From assembly GCF_004010195.1 (NCBI RefSeq), contig NC_057718.1, positions 8,269,552 through 8,322,872 of the forward strand: a stretch of DNA of 53,321 nucleotides, in the 5' to 3' direction. Source of the DNA: Chiloscyllium plagiosum. Its lineage: Eukaryota. Both the position numbers and the translations under genes were made by a program. The notes under the pieces are model-generated. The model was given only the letters and a program-made list of their open reading frames with translations. It did no database searches and had not been told where the DNA came from. Every line of letters begins with the position of its first letter. Positions within the stretch are counted from its first letter, which is position 1. Of the stretch, positions 51,460 to 53,321 are shown one piece after another.

Positions 51460-52640
51460 AACAGTTAGCCTAATAGAGGGAAAAATACTGGAGTCTATTA
51501 TAAAAGATGTAATAACAGAGCATTTGGAAATCATTAATGGGATTGGATAAAGCCAGCATGAGCCTATGAAAGGCAAATAATGATTAACAAAAGTATTCAA
51601 GCTTTTTTTTGAGGATGTAATGAAGAGAATAGATAAGGGAGAACCAGTGGATGTGGCGTATTTTGATTTGAAGAGGACTTTTGATAAGTTCCCTCATAAG
51701 AAGTTAGTGGACAAACTTAAAGCATATGGTATAGGGGAGTAATATCAAGAATTGGTTGACAGACAGGAAAACACAGAGTGGGAATAAATAAGTTTTTTCT
51801 TGAGCGGCAGGGAGTGACAGTAGGGTACGGCAAGGATTAGTGCTTGGGCCCCAGTCATTCATGACATTTTACTGACATTTTGTTACAAAATACGGTGAAA
51901 AATGTCCGGCATCATCTTAAAACACAGTAAAATAAATCAAAACATAAAATACAAAGGAAGAAAAACAATGAAATAAAGATCAAGTGTTCAACTTTACAGT
52001 CCTTCTTAAGTGCTCCTGCATGGGCCTGATGGCCAGGCATGAGTCTCCCTTGTCTCATCCCTTCTGCTAGAATGCAAGTCACCACACCTTGGGGCTATCT
52101 TACATTCACTGACATCCTGGCCACTATGTACCCTCGCTGGGCCTCACCAATGCAGATGCCACCAATGCCATTGGGTATTCCACCTGCCCAAACACGCTGC
52201 TGACATAAAGTCATAGAGTTATACAGCATGGAAACAGACTATTCAGTCCAACTCTTAACAGAGACAACAGGTCAGGAATCAAATGCAGGTATAAAAATTA
52301 CCTGGATTAGAGAACCAAATACAATATCTCTAGGTTTGCTGGCAGCATAAAACTAGGAGGGACAGAGAGTTGTGTGGAGGATACAAGGAGCTTTCAAAGC
52401 CATTTAAAACAAGTAGAGGGAGTGGGCAAGCACATGGCAGATGCAGTACAAATGGTTCCATGCAAAGTTATACACTTAAATATGAAAAAAGGAAACAAAC
52501 AATATTGTTTAAGTGGTGACATACTGAGAACTGTGAATGTACAAGGGGATACAGGGGTCATTGTAGGAAGGTAATTCAGATGTCTTAATGCAGTTATACA
52601 GGGCTTGGTGAGACTACACTTGGAGTACTGCATGTAGTTT
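51460..52640 (+). mobile_element. Degraded CR1 LINE RT, interrupted by the unclassified repeat (about 51880-52200)
   Basis: KYRTVSL, VDVAYFDLKRTFDKFPHKKL, QGLVLGP and LVRLHLEYCM. Confidence 0.8.
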
Positions 52641-52642
52641 TG

Positions 52643-53321
52643 AGACATCGAACAATTCTTCCGCTGCCTTCGCCTCAGCGCCTACGTCTTCAACCAGGAT
52701 TCTCGCCCACCCTCTGACGACCCCTTCGCCCGCCTCCAACACACCCCATCCACCTGGACACCGGTGCTGGCCTCTTACCTGCCCTCGATCCCTTCATAGC
52801 CAACTGCCGCCGCGACATTAACTGCCTCAACCTCTCCATTCCTCTCACCCACTCCAACCTCTCACCCTCGGAACGTGCAACCCTCCACTCCCTTCGTTCC
52901 AACCCCAACCTCACTATTAAACCGGTAGACAAGGGAGGCGCGGTGGTAGTTTGGCGCACTGATCTTTACACCGCTGAGGCTAAACGCCAGCTCGCGGACA
53001 CCTCCTCCTACTGCCCCCTTGACCATGACTCACCTCCCACCAGCAAACCATCATCTCCCAGACCATCGATAACCTCATCTCCTGAGGGGATCTCCCATCC
53101 ACCGCCTCCAACATCAGTCCCACAACCCTGCACCACCCGTTTCTACCTCCTGCCCAAAATCCTCAAACCTGACTGCCCCGGCCGACCAATTGTCTCAGCC
53201 TGCTCCTGCCCCACCGAACTCATATCTGCATACCTCGACACGGTCCTGTCCCCCTTAATCCAAGAACTCCCCACCTACATTCGGGACACCACCCACGCCC
53301 TCCACCTCCTCCATGATTTTC
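52643..53321 (+). mobile_element. Penelope-like element RT N-terminal region (runs off the window)
   Basis: SNLSPSERATLHSLRSNPNLTIKPVDKGGAVVVW (PLE DKG motif) and RFYLLPKILKPDCPGRPIVS..YIRDT. Contains frameshifts. Confidence 0.92.

Noticed and set aside
48176..53321. vta1 first exon and promoter
   Set aside because: No matching peptide. The CpG-rich end of the window is PLE sequence, not a promoter island.

Overview
Eukaryotic genomic DNA, almost certainly from a shark (many HE1 V-SINEs and HER1/CR1 LINEs; species not determinable from this window). The whole window appears to lie inside one minus-strand gene, vta1 (ESCRT/VPS4 co-factor). Three coding exons are recognisable: 48081-48175, 29889-30016 and 21051-21126. 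They splice in frame to the MIT-domain region, and the last one uses a non-canonical GC donor. The first exon and the downstream exons were not found and probably lie outside the window. The introns are packed with nested transposons: 12 HE1 SINE copies, CR1, Rex1/Babar, RTE and L2 LINE remnants, TA-flanked MITEs, and at least three families of Penelope-like elements (PLEs). There is a 579-nt N gap at 26461-27039. The most notable signal is a set of minimal hammerhead-ribozyme motifs carried by PLE terminal repeats. They show compensatory stem changes and include 84-102 bp units inserted with 10-14 bp target-site duplications (TSDs). Other oddities are a 64-bp near-perfect inverted repeat with no TSD, a 15-bp micro-inversion in a SINE, and an exon-4-like cryptic exon with a stop codon. 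TE boundaries were read by eye and are approximate unless a TSD is quoted.
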